From the NCBI RefSeq assembly GCF_964204645.1, contig NC_134026.1, positions 7,091,950 through 7,155,949 of the forward strand: a stretch of 64,000 bases of DNA, in the 5' to 3' direction. Position 1 is the first letter of the stretch, and the number at the start of each line of letters is the position of its first letter. The stretch comes from Tubulanus polymorphus (lineage: Eukaryota > Animalia > Nemertea). Shown here piece after piece: positions 13,381 to 24,900 of this stretch. The notes beneath the pieces are model-generated. The model was not told where the DNA came from. It did no database searches and saw only the letters and a list, made by a program, of their open reading frames with translations. The position numbers and the translations under genes are program-made.

Positions 13381-13614
13381 ATGTTACGGTTGACCTTTAT
13401 CATGTGCCTGACTTTCATGGTCGCCTCGGCAAATAAGCATGACTCGTACGTTGATGAGAACGAGAGTTTGGAAGAAATTGAAGTTGTAGGACTTCAGCGA
13501 CAGAGCAGGTCCTGCTTCTCGCTCGAGGTCGAATCTACGATGGAAATTCTGAAGAAAATCATCGGTATTCTCGAAGAGATCGTTGACGTGGCAGATCCTC
13601 TGAAAACCGCTTAG
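13381..13614 (+). CDS. Secreted prepropeptide B (77 aa): signal peptide, acidic pro-region, RQSR site, 34-aa amphipathic peptide with one Cys
   Basis: Signal MLRLTFIMCLTFMVASA; acceptor TTTCCTTTCAG ends at 13368, 12 nt before the ATG; AATAAA near 13695; shares motifs with A and C. Confidence 0.75.
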   Translation: MLRLTFIMCLTFMVASANKHDSYVDENESLEEIEVVGLQRQSRSCFSLEVESTMEILKKIIGILEEIVDVADPLKTA

Positions 13615-14171
13615 CAAAATGTTTTATTCCTACTCACACTGATTTTATCATCTATCGTTAGTTTTATTGTTTTTATTTCATTTGAATCGGGAAAAATAAA
13701 TAGATTGCGGACTATGTTATATTTATCTAAATACGTTTCTTATCTTTATTCATTTGGCGCTCAGGATTTCGCTCCACGTTTAAGTCGGTCGAATTTGAAT
13801 CTAGAGTAAAAATCAGTTCATATTTCCAATATCTTTGAATCAAATTGTTATTTGCATCCAGGATCCGCTTTCACAGTTATAAGTTAGAGTCGACTATGAA
13901 TCGATAATTTCAATTTCAATGTGTCATTAATGAACTGTGGAACTGGACAAATTTTGAGTTAAAGGAACCGATTTATGGGTTAGATTGACTCGGAATTAGA
14001 AAATTTCATTTTCAATAAGTCTAGGTAACTAAGAACTGTTGAGCTGTGTACAGAATTTGATCTTGTTCCACGGGATCTCGATTACGTTTGACTTGATTTT
14101 TTTCATTTCAAATTAAACTCATAAGTCAAATCTTTATTCGCTACTTTGGAATTGGAACAGCATTGCCAAAC

Positions 14172-14464
14172 ATCTTTCGAATAATAAGATAAAATCCCAC
14201 TATTTACAGATTAAAAGAATTTAAAAACCAGAATTTATTTATTCAATCAAAAATATATAAAAGACACGACGTTTCGATCTCACCCTAGAGATCATCGTCA
14301 GGTGTGCTGACGATGGTTGAGATCGAAACGTCGTGTCTTTTATATATTTTTGATTGAATGAATAAATTCTGGTTTTTGAATTCTTTTAATCTGTAAATAG
14401 TGGGATTTTATCTTATTATCCGTTCACCACGTTTGAGTGTGGTTATCGTTCTATCTTTCGAATA
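14172..14464. mobile_element. Penelope-like inverted-end insertion (long palindrome) with a 12-bp target duplication
   Basis: Near-perfect inverted arms of about 100-110 bp around CTGACGATG...GATCGAAACGTCG, a one-sided extension, and ATCTTTCGAATA at both 14172-14183 and 14453-14464. Confidence 0.7.
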
Positions 14465-15073
14465 GTTCATCACAGTTGACAACGTTTATTAACATTTATG
14501 GGTTCGAACCCCACTGTTGGATGATATTTTCTTGATTCATTTCTCCGGTTGTCATAATCTTAAAGAATATGTTCTTTTTAATCACTGCGGATCATTACAT
14601 TTCAATCATTACGGATATTTTGTTGCTCTCCTACAGCTGGTTCTATAGACCGGTATTAACTCCAACCTGTTGTACGAACTGGTCTAATGGGAAACATGAT
14701 TTTACAAAATTTACCAGGTGGTCGTCGAGTAAGAGTACGAAAATGATATATAAGTTATACGAAATAGGTTCATTTTCTGATAGTTAAATGCATAGACTAG
14801 TCGAATTATTTTTGTAGCCATTTGAAATTCAGCGAAAGAAACATTTCCAATCAGAAATGAGAAGAAAATAACTAATGATGATAATTTCTATCGAAAATAA
14901 CCTTCTTTTATGTCAATAAACGTTTGAAAAATATCTATTTCAATCTTTTCTAAGTTATATTTCGCGGTTGAACGCTTACATTGTACTCCCACTAGATCTT
15001 TCAGAGGGAATCGGTCTCATCGATAGAACAGCGCCAGCTATAAATACTGTAAAATGGTGGTGTAATACTCAGT

Positions 15074-15165
15074 GCTGGCGTGGCAAAGGGGTTACTTCGT
15101 TCACTATGAAAACTCTGACTGTCACTTAGATTGTTTCTAGCGGGTTCGAGTCCTGTTCGCGGGCC
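15074..15165 (+). mobile_element. tRNA-derived SINE head or degenerate tRNA-like sequence
   Basis: A-box-like TGGCAAAGGGGT (15081-15092) and B-box GGTTCGAGTCC (15143-15153); no proper cloverleaf. Confidence 0.4.
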
Positions 15166-16305
15166 TCGGATCTTCTGTACCCCTTGCGCAATCCAGCATT
15201 TTTGTTCCATTTTGCTCGCACTCATATACGTCTAATATATACACAGAGCATGCGCCAGTTGTTTTTTTAGATTTTATTTTTTATTTTTCATTTCTAAACA
15301 TTATTCGAAGATTATTCAAATAAGTCTCTACTTAAAACGCGTTGCTCGGGTTAAGCATTATCCATGCAAAACCCTTAATGCAGCAAAATAGTAATAACAT
15401 GCGTGTTTTATGTAAATCTATAACTAGAATACCAACCGCCTTATTCCTACAGTCGCATGGGCTCCAATAAGTTGGTTATGTTTCGTCTCTGGTGACAGTT
15501 AAAAATATGTAAGTTTCAGATCGATAATGATATTCGTATACCGGTGACCGTATACCGTCATTTGTTTTCGTATACATCGCAACATCTGCATCTGTTATCT
15601 TTCATGAAATGACACTTGGTTTGAAACAAAAATGCAATTTACTCCTCGTGTTCGACATAAGTATGTTTTAAGTAGCAGTTAATAGCCACGGAGTTGGTCA
15701 AACAAGAGTAATGAACTGGCCTGATTTGGCTAGTCAATGATAAATAAATCGGATCGTATTTGTATATTCAATCTATCTCTTTGCGATGTTTTGGAAATAA
15801 CGGAAATCAATTTTTTAAGTTTAACACTCGTTAGAATATTAGATGTAAAGTTATCATATCTTTGAAATATCTTTGAATAATAAGACAATTACGTAGATAT
15901 GAAATAGAACATAGAGATATCGGGTAACAATGAGCAGTCATAAACTGTTTTAACTCATTAGAAAATTACGATTGATATTGTTTTCGACAAAAAGTTCGTT
16001 TAAATGGATGAGTTTTTTAGATTTGATTTGAAAGATTCAACCTGTAAGATTTTCAGATTTTTATGATTCTCCAATTTTCAGGCTTCAAAGTTCTAAGTTC
16101 TGTCGTATTGTATCTGTAAAAAAAAATCTACCTTAAATGATTATAGAATCTTCATCTATATATATTTTCTTTAATGTAGATTACTTTTGCGTCAGAACTA
16201 AGATTTGATATATTGCAACAAAAAATGAAACTTTAAAAAGCAATCACAGAGGTTTTAAAAGTTTCAGTGAAATAAATACATTTTGTAATTTCTTTCAGAA
16301 GCAAG

Positions 16306-17079
16306 ATGCGTTTGGTGATATTTCTATCAATCGCAACAATCGCGGTCGCCTCGGCGACGACGGAAAAGCACGGCGTCGTCAAGAATCGACGAGATCTCGC
16401 GGTAATCGACGAGAAGTTGCAAAACGAAAATCCGTTGAAAAGATCGAAACGTTCTCTTTGTTCGATCGAGGAGAATTTGACATCGGCTCTTCACCGATTG
16501 CGCGGTATTACTAAAATCATCAGGCTCAGAGAAAAACAGGTCTCCATATTCGGAACGACTGAATTAGCGGATGACCTGATCGATTTTGCGTTGGGAAAAT
16601 CCGGAACCGAATTAGCAATCAAGGATGTTATCGGACCGTTGTACGTGACCTATAAGATTGTGACCGGAGTTGAAAGTGAACCGTTGAAAGTGTTCGCAGT
16701 TCTTGATTTGATCAGAAGAGGTGGGCAAGTCGATTTGAAGGGAATTCTAGAAGATTTGGTCGCATTTGCTCTGAAAATCAAGCACATATCTTTTAACCCG
16801 CACAAAATCGAAGAGATGTTCAAAAAAGCTTTCAATGGACTCCGTGGCCATCCCCACCGAGCCCACCATAGACTCCGCGGCCACCGACACCGACACCGAC
16901 AGCGTCACCATCCCCATAGGCCCCATAGGCCCCACAGACCACATAGACCCCACAAACCGCACATGCCCCGTAAACCACATAAACCACATAAACCCCACAA
17001 ATTCCACCGATCACAAAGACAACGACATGGACATAAAGACAAGAAGACTAATAATATTCCAGGGAATGTGATGCCATAG
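16306..17079 (+). CDS. Secreted preproprotein C (257 aa): signal peptide, pro-region, RSKR site, lone Cys, helical core, His/Pro/Arg/Lys-rich tail
   Basis: 774-nt ORF; signal MRLVIFLSIATIAVASA; acceptor TTTCTTTCAG 7 nt before the ATG; AATAAA near 17106; PH(R/K) repeats. Confidence 0.88.
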   Translation: MRLVIFLSIATIAVASATTEKHGVVKNRRDLAVIDEKLQNENPLKRSKRSLCSIEENLTSALHRLRGITKIIRLREKQVSIFGTTELADDLIDFALGKSGTELAIKDVIGPLYVTYKIVTGVESEPLKVFAVLDLIRRGGQVDLKGILEDLVAFALKIKHISFNPHKIEEMFKKAFNGLRGHPHRAHHRLRGHRHRHRQRHHPHRPHRPHRPHRPHKPHMPRKPHKPHKPHKFHRSQRQRHGHKDKKTNNIPGNVMP

Positions 17080-17432
17080 TTAAATTGTCTGTGGGGTTAT
17101 TGATTAATAAACGACTGCACTTGGGAAATACATGAATATCAGGTTACTACACCTAGCGATAGATGATAAAACTAATGTATAATGAGCACTATTTCTCCTT
17201 GTTTTAAACTATTCATGTTAAATTATTATTATTCATTGTTAACGGTTTCAAATTTCAATTCTCTGATGGGATAAAATGTAGAAAAAACAGAAAAATAAAC
17301 GTTAGATGTTGAACAAAAATATTTTCGTTCGGTTTTGTGTAAGGTGTTTCTGTCCTTCCTCTTGTAACAATAATAACCGCTGGTTTTGATGGCGATAATT
17401 TGAATAAGGATTTCGAAAGAATCAGATGTATG

Positions 17433-17519
17433 TTCTCGCAGCGGGAATCGAACCCGGGCCGCCGGGATGAAAGAAACCCAGAAATCCTAATGAGAAATCC
17501 CCTAGTAGACCATAATGAA
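17433..17519 (-). pseudogene. Degenerate tRNA-Glu(TTC)-like pseudogene
   Basis: Minus strand reads ...TATGGTCTA [insert] TTAGGATTTCTGG..TTTCATCCCGGCGGCCCGGGTTCGATTCCCG..., resembling metazoan tRNA-Glu but with insertions in the D and anticodon arms. Confidence 0.6.
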
Positions 17520-18214
17520 GTCTCAATGAACCGCTGTATAATTTTGGACTGATGATAAGTCACAGTCAAATTACCACCAAATTGACTATCATCGCATTCA
17601 ACCATTACTTAAGATATGACCACCCATAGTTTAGACTGGTATTATTTCTAACCCGGAGACTAATATTGGATACGAACTAAGTTAGCCCCCGGGTTAAAGA
17701 TAATACATGTGGTTCACGATATCGATACCTTTACTCTATTTATCCGCTTGCACTTGACGGTCAATATGACGCGTTGTGACTGCCGCTTTCGGTGATTAAT
17801 GTTTCCAGCAATAGCGAAACCGATAGACTGGTTACCGGTCCCTTCAGGCAAGTCATGTTCATCGCGGGCACAGAGGATAAGATATGATGGAGAAACAATG
17901 AACCCATGTCCAACTTTTGTAGAGAAAATGTTACTAACTACCGATTGAAATCGATTACAGACAAACGAACAACACCTCCTTATTAGTATTAACGACCATT
18001 TTATTGATTTATTTCGCAGCCTATGGTAACATTCTTCTTTACGTTATCGTTCAACAAGAAAGACAATGAATGAGAGGCGCAGTTCCGAATCTCTGCGAAT
18101 TGACTGCTGCACAACAAATTATACACAACACATTATTTAATGACGTCTAATCTAATCATGACATTCACATCGAAACTAGCATCAAGCATCCTTACAATAG
18201 TTATTTTAGATGAT

Positions 18215-20942
18215 TTAATTATTCAAAAGTTCAACCGGTGGGCAGGTGCCCATTACCGATTCTGTTTCGAGTTTTAGCGCGAATACTGGCCAGGCGCCGG
18301 CGTTGTCGTGGAAACACTGCTCGCTACGGTCGGACGATAGATACATACGATATCCGGGAACTGTAAATCTGATATCGGCAAAACGATTGTCTCTTAGCGA
18401 GGCGTTCATTTGACTGACGGTGATTCGACGTAGCCTCATCAGCATCTTAATGACAGGGCGAGATCGGCTGCCAGTCGTGTACAGAGCAGCCGAACGAATC
18501 TCATGGTGTATTTTACTGTCCAGTTTAAAATGAAAATCCAAACCGTCAAAGTCACACGCTGAAAGAGTATTCGGAACAATATCTTTACAATGGAACCGCG
18601 TTACAACGAACTCACGGAACCAGAAAATCGGTTCGGTATGACCGACGGTTCGTTTTTATGCAGTATGAAATTAATCAAATTCATCTAAGTCCAGGTCATT
18701 AGTTATTTTGTAACTTGAATATTTCTAGTTTAAATGCTGCTTACCTTCAACCCAAACTGTACACATCTTTTCGTTACGTCCTGGAAATACATACGTACAT
18801 ATCATATGTTATTTGTTGTATTTGGACATTGAATACATTAATCATTTTGTTCCGTCTATGCCACCAAACAGTCCGCCATCCGAACTTAAGTGTCAGTAAT
18901 CCTCCGGGGACCGGTCGCAGAGTCAAGGCTCAGACGTAAGACCAGTCTAAGACCAACTTTGTTCTATAGGTAATCTAACAACTTAAGATTGGTCTTAAGA
19001 TTTAAGACCACTTTTGGACTTAAGTCACGACTGTGCAACTGGCCCCTGACGAAGGCATACTCTGGTCCGAGATTTAGTCTATATGTAATCGTTCCAGCGA
19101 CCGCATTAAGTAAAAACGTATGCACGGATTTACTAGCGGTTTCTTTAGTACAAATAAATGTCATTAAACAAAGTCTATAGGATATACAAAATAAATACAT
19201 GCTAAGGTCCAAAGAACATCATTATAAGCAATTACAAATATTATAGAAATAACAGTGACATTTGACGGTGATAAAAAAAATATATCTATGCATATAAACT
19301 GATAATTTCAATAAAGGATGATAATGGTAATGATGATAACAATGATAAATAATAACATAAAATAATAACATAAAATAATAATAAATGATAATGAATTATT
19401 ATACATTATCATTTATTATCATTCTATGTAAGATATGTTGATAATGATGATTATGATGATGATAATATTAATTAACAGATTGGGATTCTTTGGTTTCTAG
19501 AAATGAATCTAACAACAAGACAGATTACTGTCGAGTTTAAATCAAAGTTATAAAGAGGATTTCCAAAAAATAAGAATTCGCATTTGTTCGACATATTCAA
19601 TCTATTGAAATATACGGAAGTCGTTGTAGGGAATCTAGTGGCGAGAGAAAAGATTCATGTTGGAGGGAAGGTTCTCGACACTGAAAATTTTACTAGTAGC
19701 ATAATATTGCGACAGCGATTAGTGAATGATCCTACAATGGATAATATTTCAAAGTTTATTTATCTGACAGACTCGAGATGCATCTAAACCCTATCTAGAC
19801 CCGGCCCATTAAAAGACAACATAATACCGAATAACTATTAACTGTATTTCATGGTTATTGAAAATAGAAAGAAAATTATATTAATACTAGTTAGTTTTGT
19901 TACTTCGATTGATGAGGCATCCTACAATGGATAAGATTTCAAAGTTTATATATCTCTGACAGTTTCGAGATACATCTAAACCCTATCTAAACGCGGCCCG
20001 ATTAAAGACAACATGGATACTGCATACGAAGCTTACTGTAATTCATGGTAATTGAAAAAAATAGAAAAGAAAATCATATTACTACCCATATAAGGGGCAG
20101 TACAAGGGAAGGGTGGGGGGGGGGGGGGTAATATAGTATTTTCACAACCTAGCTTTAGAAAGTTTCACATTCTAGGGGGAGGTGCCTCAAACCCCCTTAA
20201 AGACTTCGCGTCTACGGCATTCTAGTTCATGTAGCAATTGCCCATGTGTAGGCCCAGGCAGACCTCCGGTCTTTTAGGCCCCCTATTCATAATTCCTGGA
20301 TCCGCCACTGCAATATCCCCGCACCTTAACTGCATTTCGTGTGATAAGTGTATTACTAAGTGCGGTCAGTACACAAGATGACTCAAAAGCAAAAACTATT
20401 TCAGGAGCTTGAAAGCATCCAATTAGGCTACTGAAATCGTCTTTAGTCTTGATTTATATTCGCAATTCATTTCACTCATCGCCGCCACATTATTGAAGTC
20501 ATCTCTATTTTGTGAAGACTCATCCAAATGACAGTATAAGCGAGTTCGACTCTAAGTGAAAGATTGAATAGTAAAATTACTACTGACCTGATAAAGCCTG
20601 ATTCCACAGTGGGGTGCTGGCATTCAGAGACCTGACTCCCACTAAGTGCAGAGCGACAAGTCCTGATAATAAACTCAATGCTGAAACTGGTTTCATGCTG
20701 ACTGATGGTGGTCTCTGAGTTCCGGTCACAAACTGAAACAATCCTCCCGAGTTTGATCATATATACTTTTCTTACCAAAATCGTGTAGGCGAGTGGAGAA
20801 GACAACATTGGGAGAATTGATAATTTCATTTTAAAGTTCTAAGATCCATACGTATCCTTAACAAGATTAAACACGGGATACTCGCGCAGGCAGGAAGCCA
20901 TATCAGCGTGAATATTGAAAAGACAATCGTCTGAAAACGCCT
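18215..20942 (-). pseudogene. Possible secreted protein gene or pseudogene with a divergent CUB-like start; candidate exons 20776-20942 (needs a 1-nt frameshift), 18745-18780, 18215-18558
   Basis: Phase-compatible GT-AG joins give ...NEIINSPNVVFSTRLHDFG-RNEKMCTVWVEA-CDFDGLDFHFKL...*; the first exon has a hydrophobic signal-like stretch in a different frame; no start exon found. Confidence 0.35.
19728..20080. repeat. Diverged tandem duplication of about 155-160 bp
   Basis: ATCCTACAATGGATAA.ATTTCAAAG...CATCTAAACCCTATCTA...AAAAT.ATATT occurs at 19728-19882 and at 19919-20080. Confidence 0.8.
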
Positions 20943-21905
20943 CTGCAAAATGATAAAATTATATATTTCTATTAACGGCGAGACTTATTCGTTTTAACCA
21001 GTTAAACGTTTGTGTTTGAAATGAATCAAAATCCACGTGGAAATGAGTAAATATCAAACGTTTTTTCCCGAATATGTTTCGCCTACGTGCAATGAATAAA
21101 AGTTAAAATCTCCAGTTTTCGGTGTACATTTTCACTGTCATAGTTTACTTTACCTAACTGCGCAATTCCGCACGCGGACAAAAGCGAGATCTTTTACTGT
21201 AATTTTTCTAAACTCGGACGATACCGATTCCAGTTAAGTGAGTTTTACTGTTAGTATGTGTTTGGTCAGGGAAAAACCATCGACAAATTGAAGCTCTGAA
21301 ACCACCGGGATTCGAACCATCTCATCGATGCTACGTCGTCTCCGTGTCATTTCTCAAAGACAAGGAATGGATTAGAATCGACTTATGAAAAATCAGTCTA
21401 AATTTATTGAAACACCAAGAAAACAATCGAAGTACTAGAACATATCAGGACCAACTTTCATCAGTTGTGAGTTAAATTCGTCTTCTGAATGTCTTGAGTG
21501 ATAGTTAATTAACTTATTTCAACTATGTACAAATCTCGATGCATCAAGTGGCCAACAAACCACAATCAGTTGCTTGTTGAGTCAGGCTGGATGAAATATT
21601 GTTTTATGAACTGGAACCAAAAATACCAATTATGTACTTCAAGTTGAACAAAAAATCAGTAAATTCGACCAATCAACCAACTGTATCTGTACATGTACTT
21701 TGTTTTCCCGACTTCTAAATCAAGTCCTCTGCTTCTCTCCCGGCAGGTGTGGCTGGTGGGTTTGTAAGGGCCCCACGTCAAGTAAACATGACAAATCATC
21801 CCTATTAAGATCGAAACTATAACTGTCACAAATGTGGAAGGCGGTTCCAGAGATTGCAGATTTAGATTGAATAGATTCGGTTTGTGACGCGGTTGTAGTT
21901 GATTA

Positions 21906-24900
21906 TTATGATAAATCGATCGATAGTTGGGCTGATTGGCTGCGAGCTCTGTCGTGAACTTCAGACGTTCTCAAGGTCACGCCGAATATATCTTCATGAA
22001 AACGTCCATTATCCTGCGTAAAAACAAGAGAATTTACATTTTCAAAGTTACCCGGTATCCATGCTGAGAATACTTCAGGGTCCGTATTACGAAAAAGCTA
22101 AACTGTTTAATTTCCTGTTGGCTTAATTGCTTTGGTTTCTTAAAATTGTCAATGAGGACAATGATAAAAACTTTCAGACCGATTTCAGTATTATTAGTCC
22201 CATTAGAACATGCAGTTGATATCGTTTACACTTTTATCAAAAATGCATAAAGAAATTTAGGTATTTTTGCTTTTATGGATTTTCAGATAGAGTTGTACAA
22301 GAGCCTGTGTAAACCTGGTGTCGATTCAGTAAAATGAGACGGATTGTTCTTTGAAGGTAAGACGTATTCAGAGTACGAGAGCCTATGGGTAAATGAAGGG
22401 GTAATTTAGCGGATGAAGCTAATACGTATGTTGGACGAGTAGCAAAGGCTTATACTCTAAATTAATCTAGTTAACCTTCAAAGTACTATTTTTCTTACTA
22501 TTTACGTTTTATACATTTCCAGTTAAATTCTAATGGTATCAAAAATATAGTTATCAGAAGGAGTGGACACTGAAACATGAATGGACTATCCAGGGTGAAT
22601 TTAGTACTATCTGCTTACTCGCATATTCAATACGTAAGCCTTGGCCGCTTCGTTTGTCATATTGCCTTCTGATTGGATGATAAGTTCCAAGGTCGTTGTG
22701 ACGTCGGCCGCCATGGATACGTCACCGCAGACGTAAAAATGCCCGCCATTTTTGTGAATTGTTTTATAGATATTGGGTGCATTTCTCTTCAGGAGATGTT
22801 GTACATAGGTCTGAAATAAAAGAAAATAGGTCCGAGTTGAAAATATAGGTCAAAATACAAAAATTGTTATAGAAAATGGAAACACGACCTATCCCGACAG
22901 ATGGTTCGACTAAAATCGGCGTTACATAAGTCAAGGTTTTCATTGAACGTCCCTCATATCTAATATAAACAAAATGCTTGCAATTTTTTCATAGTGTTCA
23001 CTTTTCATAAGGGTAGACATGAATATGAGTATATGACACGACGACTTTGAAACTTAATTCACCTAAAATCTACAATCAAGTAAACAAATAACTGGACGAT
23101 GAAGAATGTTCTAAATGAGTAATCGAACGAACCTTTGGGATTCCGACCTCTCTGGATAGAGCGATGTGAACTGCATGAAGACTCTCTGTAGTAAGCGCAT
23201 TATCCGTTTCATCTTTAAACAATAAATCTACCGTTGATTGTCGACATCCGAAATATAACTCATAGTTCCCCCAACTCGAAGAATCTGCAACAATATAGTC
23301 AGATGTAATCATGAGAATTGAGAGTCCGATATGTTGAACAATGAAAGCATAGGCTTATAGAGGTGAAACGGGTAAGATGGGGATATGGGGGATGGGGAAG
23401 AGGGCTAGGGGTAGATTTGAGAGTAGGTGGAGGGATGGAGAGACAATAAGCAAAGACGAGGGTTGGTAATAGGAAAGATGGAGAGGGAAAGTGGGAAAGG
23501 GAGAGTGAAAAGAGGAGACGAGTGGGGGGAGAAAGAGATGGGGAGGAAAGTGAAAGGGAAAAGTAGGAGAGAGGAGGTTGTGAAGTAATACCTTCAATAT
23601 TGTTTCTATCGAATTCTCGTTGTTGCCAAAAACTTCTGAAAGGAGCGATACCGGTCCCCGGGCCGACCATTATTACCGGTCGACTGTGATCGTCTGGTAA
23701 ATGGAACGACGGAGCCCTGAAATAATACAACGAGTCAGACTGTAAAATGGTAAGACAATCTAAAAGAGAGTTAACTATTTTTTGATTGAAAGTCCTTTCA
23801 AGCCTTGGTTTTTGTGAAATTGATCCTGAAATGAAGAATTGTTTCTAAGCGTGTGGCGCCCTTGAAGGAAATCAGTTTTGAAAATGGCTAACAGAATTGA
23901 ATCTAAACGTCACTACTCTCTTAGTTCTAGAAATGGCTCATAGAATTGAGTCTCAACATCGGTACTCTCTTAGTTTTAAAAATGGTTCATAAAACTGAGT
24001 CTCAACACCACTACTATCGAATTGAGTCTAAACAATTGAGTCTAAACGTCACTGCTCTCTTAGTTCATAGTTGTTTTTTTTGATAATGATGATAATTTAT
24101 TTTCATTTAATTACGTTACACGATGAGGTTATTTTCACAGTTCGGAATAACTAGATGATCAAATTTTCCGAAGGTTTTTCTATTTGAAATAGAGACAGTC
24201 ACATGCCTATGGAAACTTTAACAACACTAAATGTCACTGATAATTGTTATACATATTTCATCTATATTTCGTATTTCTTTATTGTTTCATGTCTCCATCT
24301 TATTACTCATTGTCCTCTGAGACTGTTTGTCTGTGTCAGAATGTGTTAATTGTTGTTTGTCTCACTGTCATGTCACTACTCGTCACCTTTGTTTTTGTAT
24401 CATTTTCCATGTCTCAACCTGTCTGAATCTGTGTTATATAAATAGCTATGTGTAAAAATAAAGTCAGTTCCAGTTTTGGTATTCCAAACTGATAGTTCGC
24501 TCGTTACTCTTTCGCTCTGTTCCGGATTTCCGACGTCGACCATTCTTCGAGAATAGGACAGAAAATAGCGTTGCTAAATTGGTGTTAGAACCGGCGGGCA
24601 AGTTTTATATTCAACTGCCCGTATAAGATCCTGGTACCGCGCTCTCAACAGCTAGTTTTCCCCATCACGATGAATATTCTACCACCGGCAGTCGTAGTAA
24701 CCCTTCAAGAGGCTGGATACCACCAGGCACCTCAGAATTGGACTATTAATGCCGAGGAAGGATGTATCAAAGTTTCACTGACATGGACAGTCCAGTCATC
24801 GAAGCCATCGAAAGCGGTGAAATCGAAGTCTACTCTGAATCGGGACCGTAGACGTATGCAGGAATTCCTGAACCGAAGGATGCTGAAAACAGAAGTTCCG

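Noticed and set aside
16650-17071. Alternative-frame and antisense ORFs over gene C
   Set aside because: Shadows of the His-Pro repeat; only the 257-aa frame has a signal peptide, acceptor and polyA signal
23299-23597. Pro/Ser/Leu-rich extension of a NOS exon ORF
   Set aside because: Read-through into a purine/pyrimidine-biased intron; the true donor is at 23592/23591
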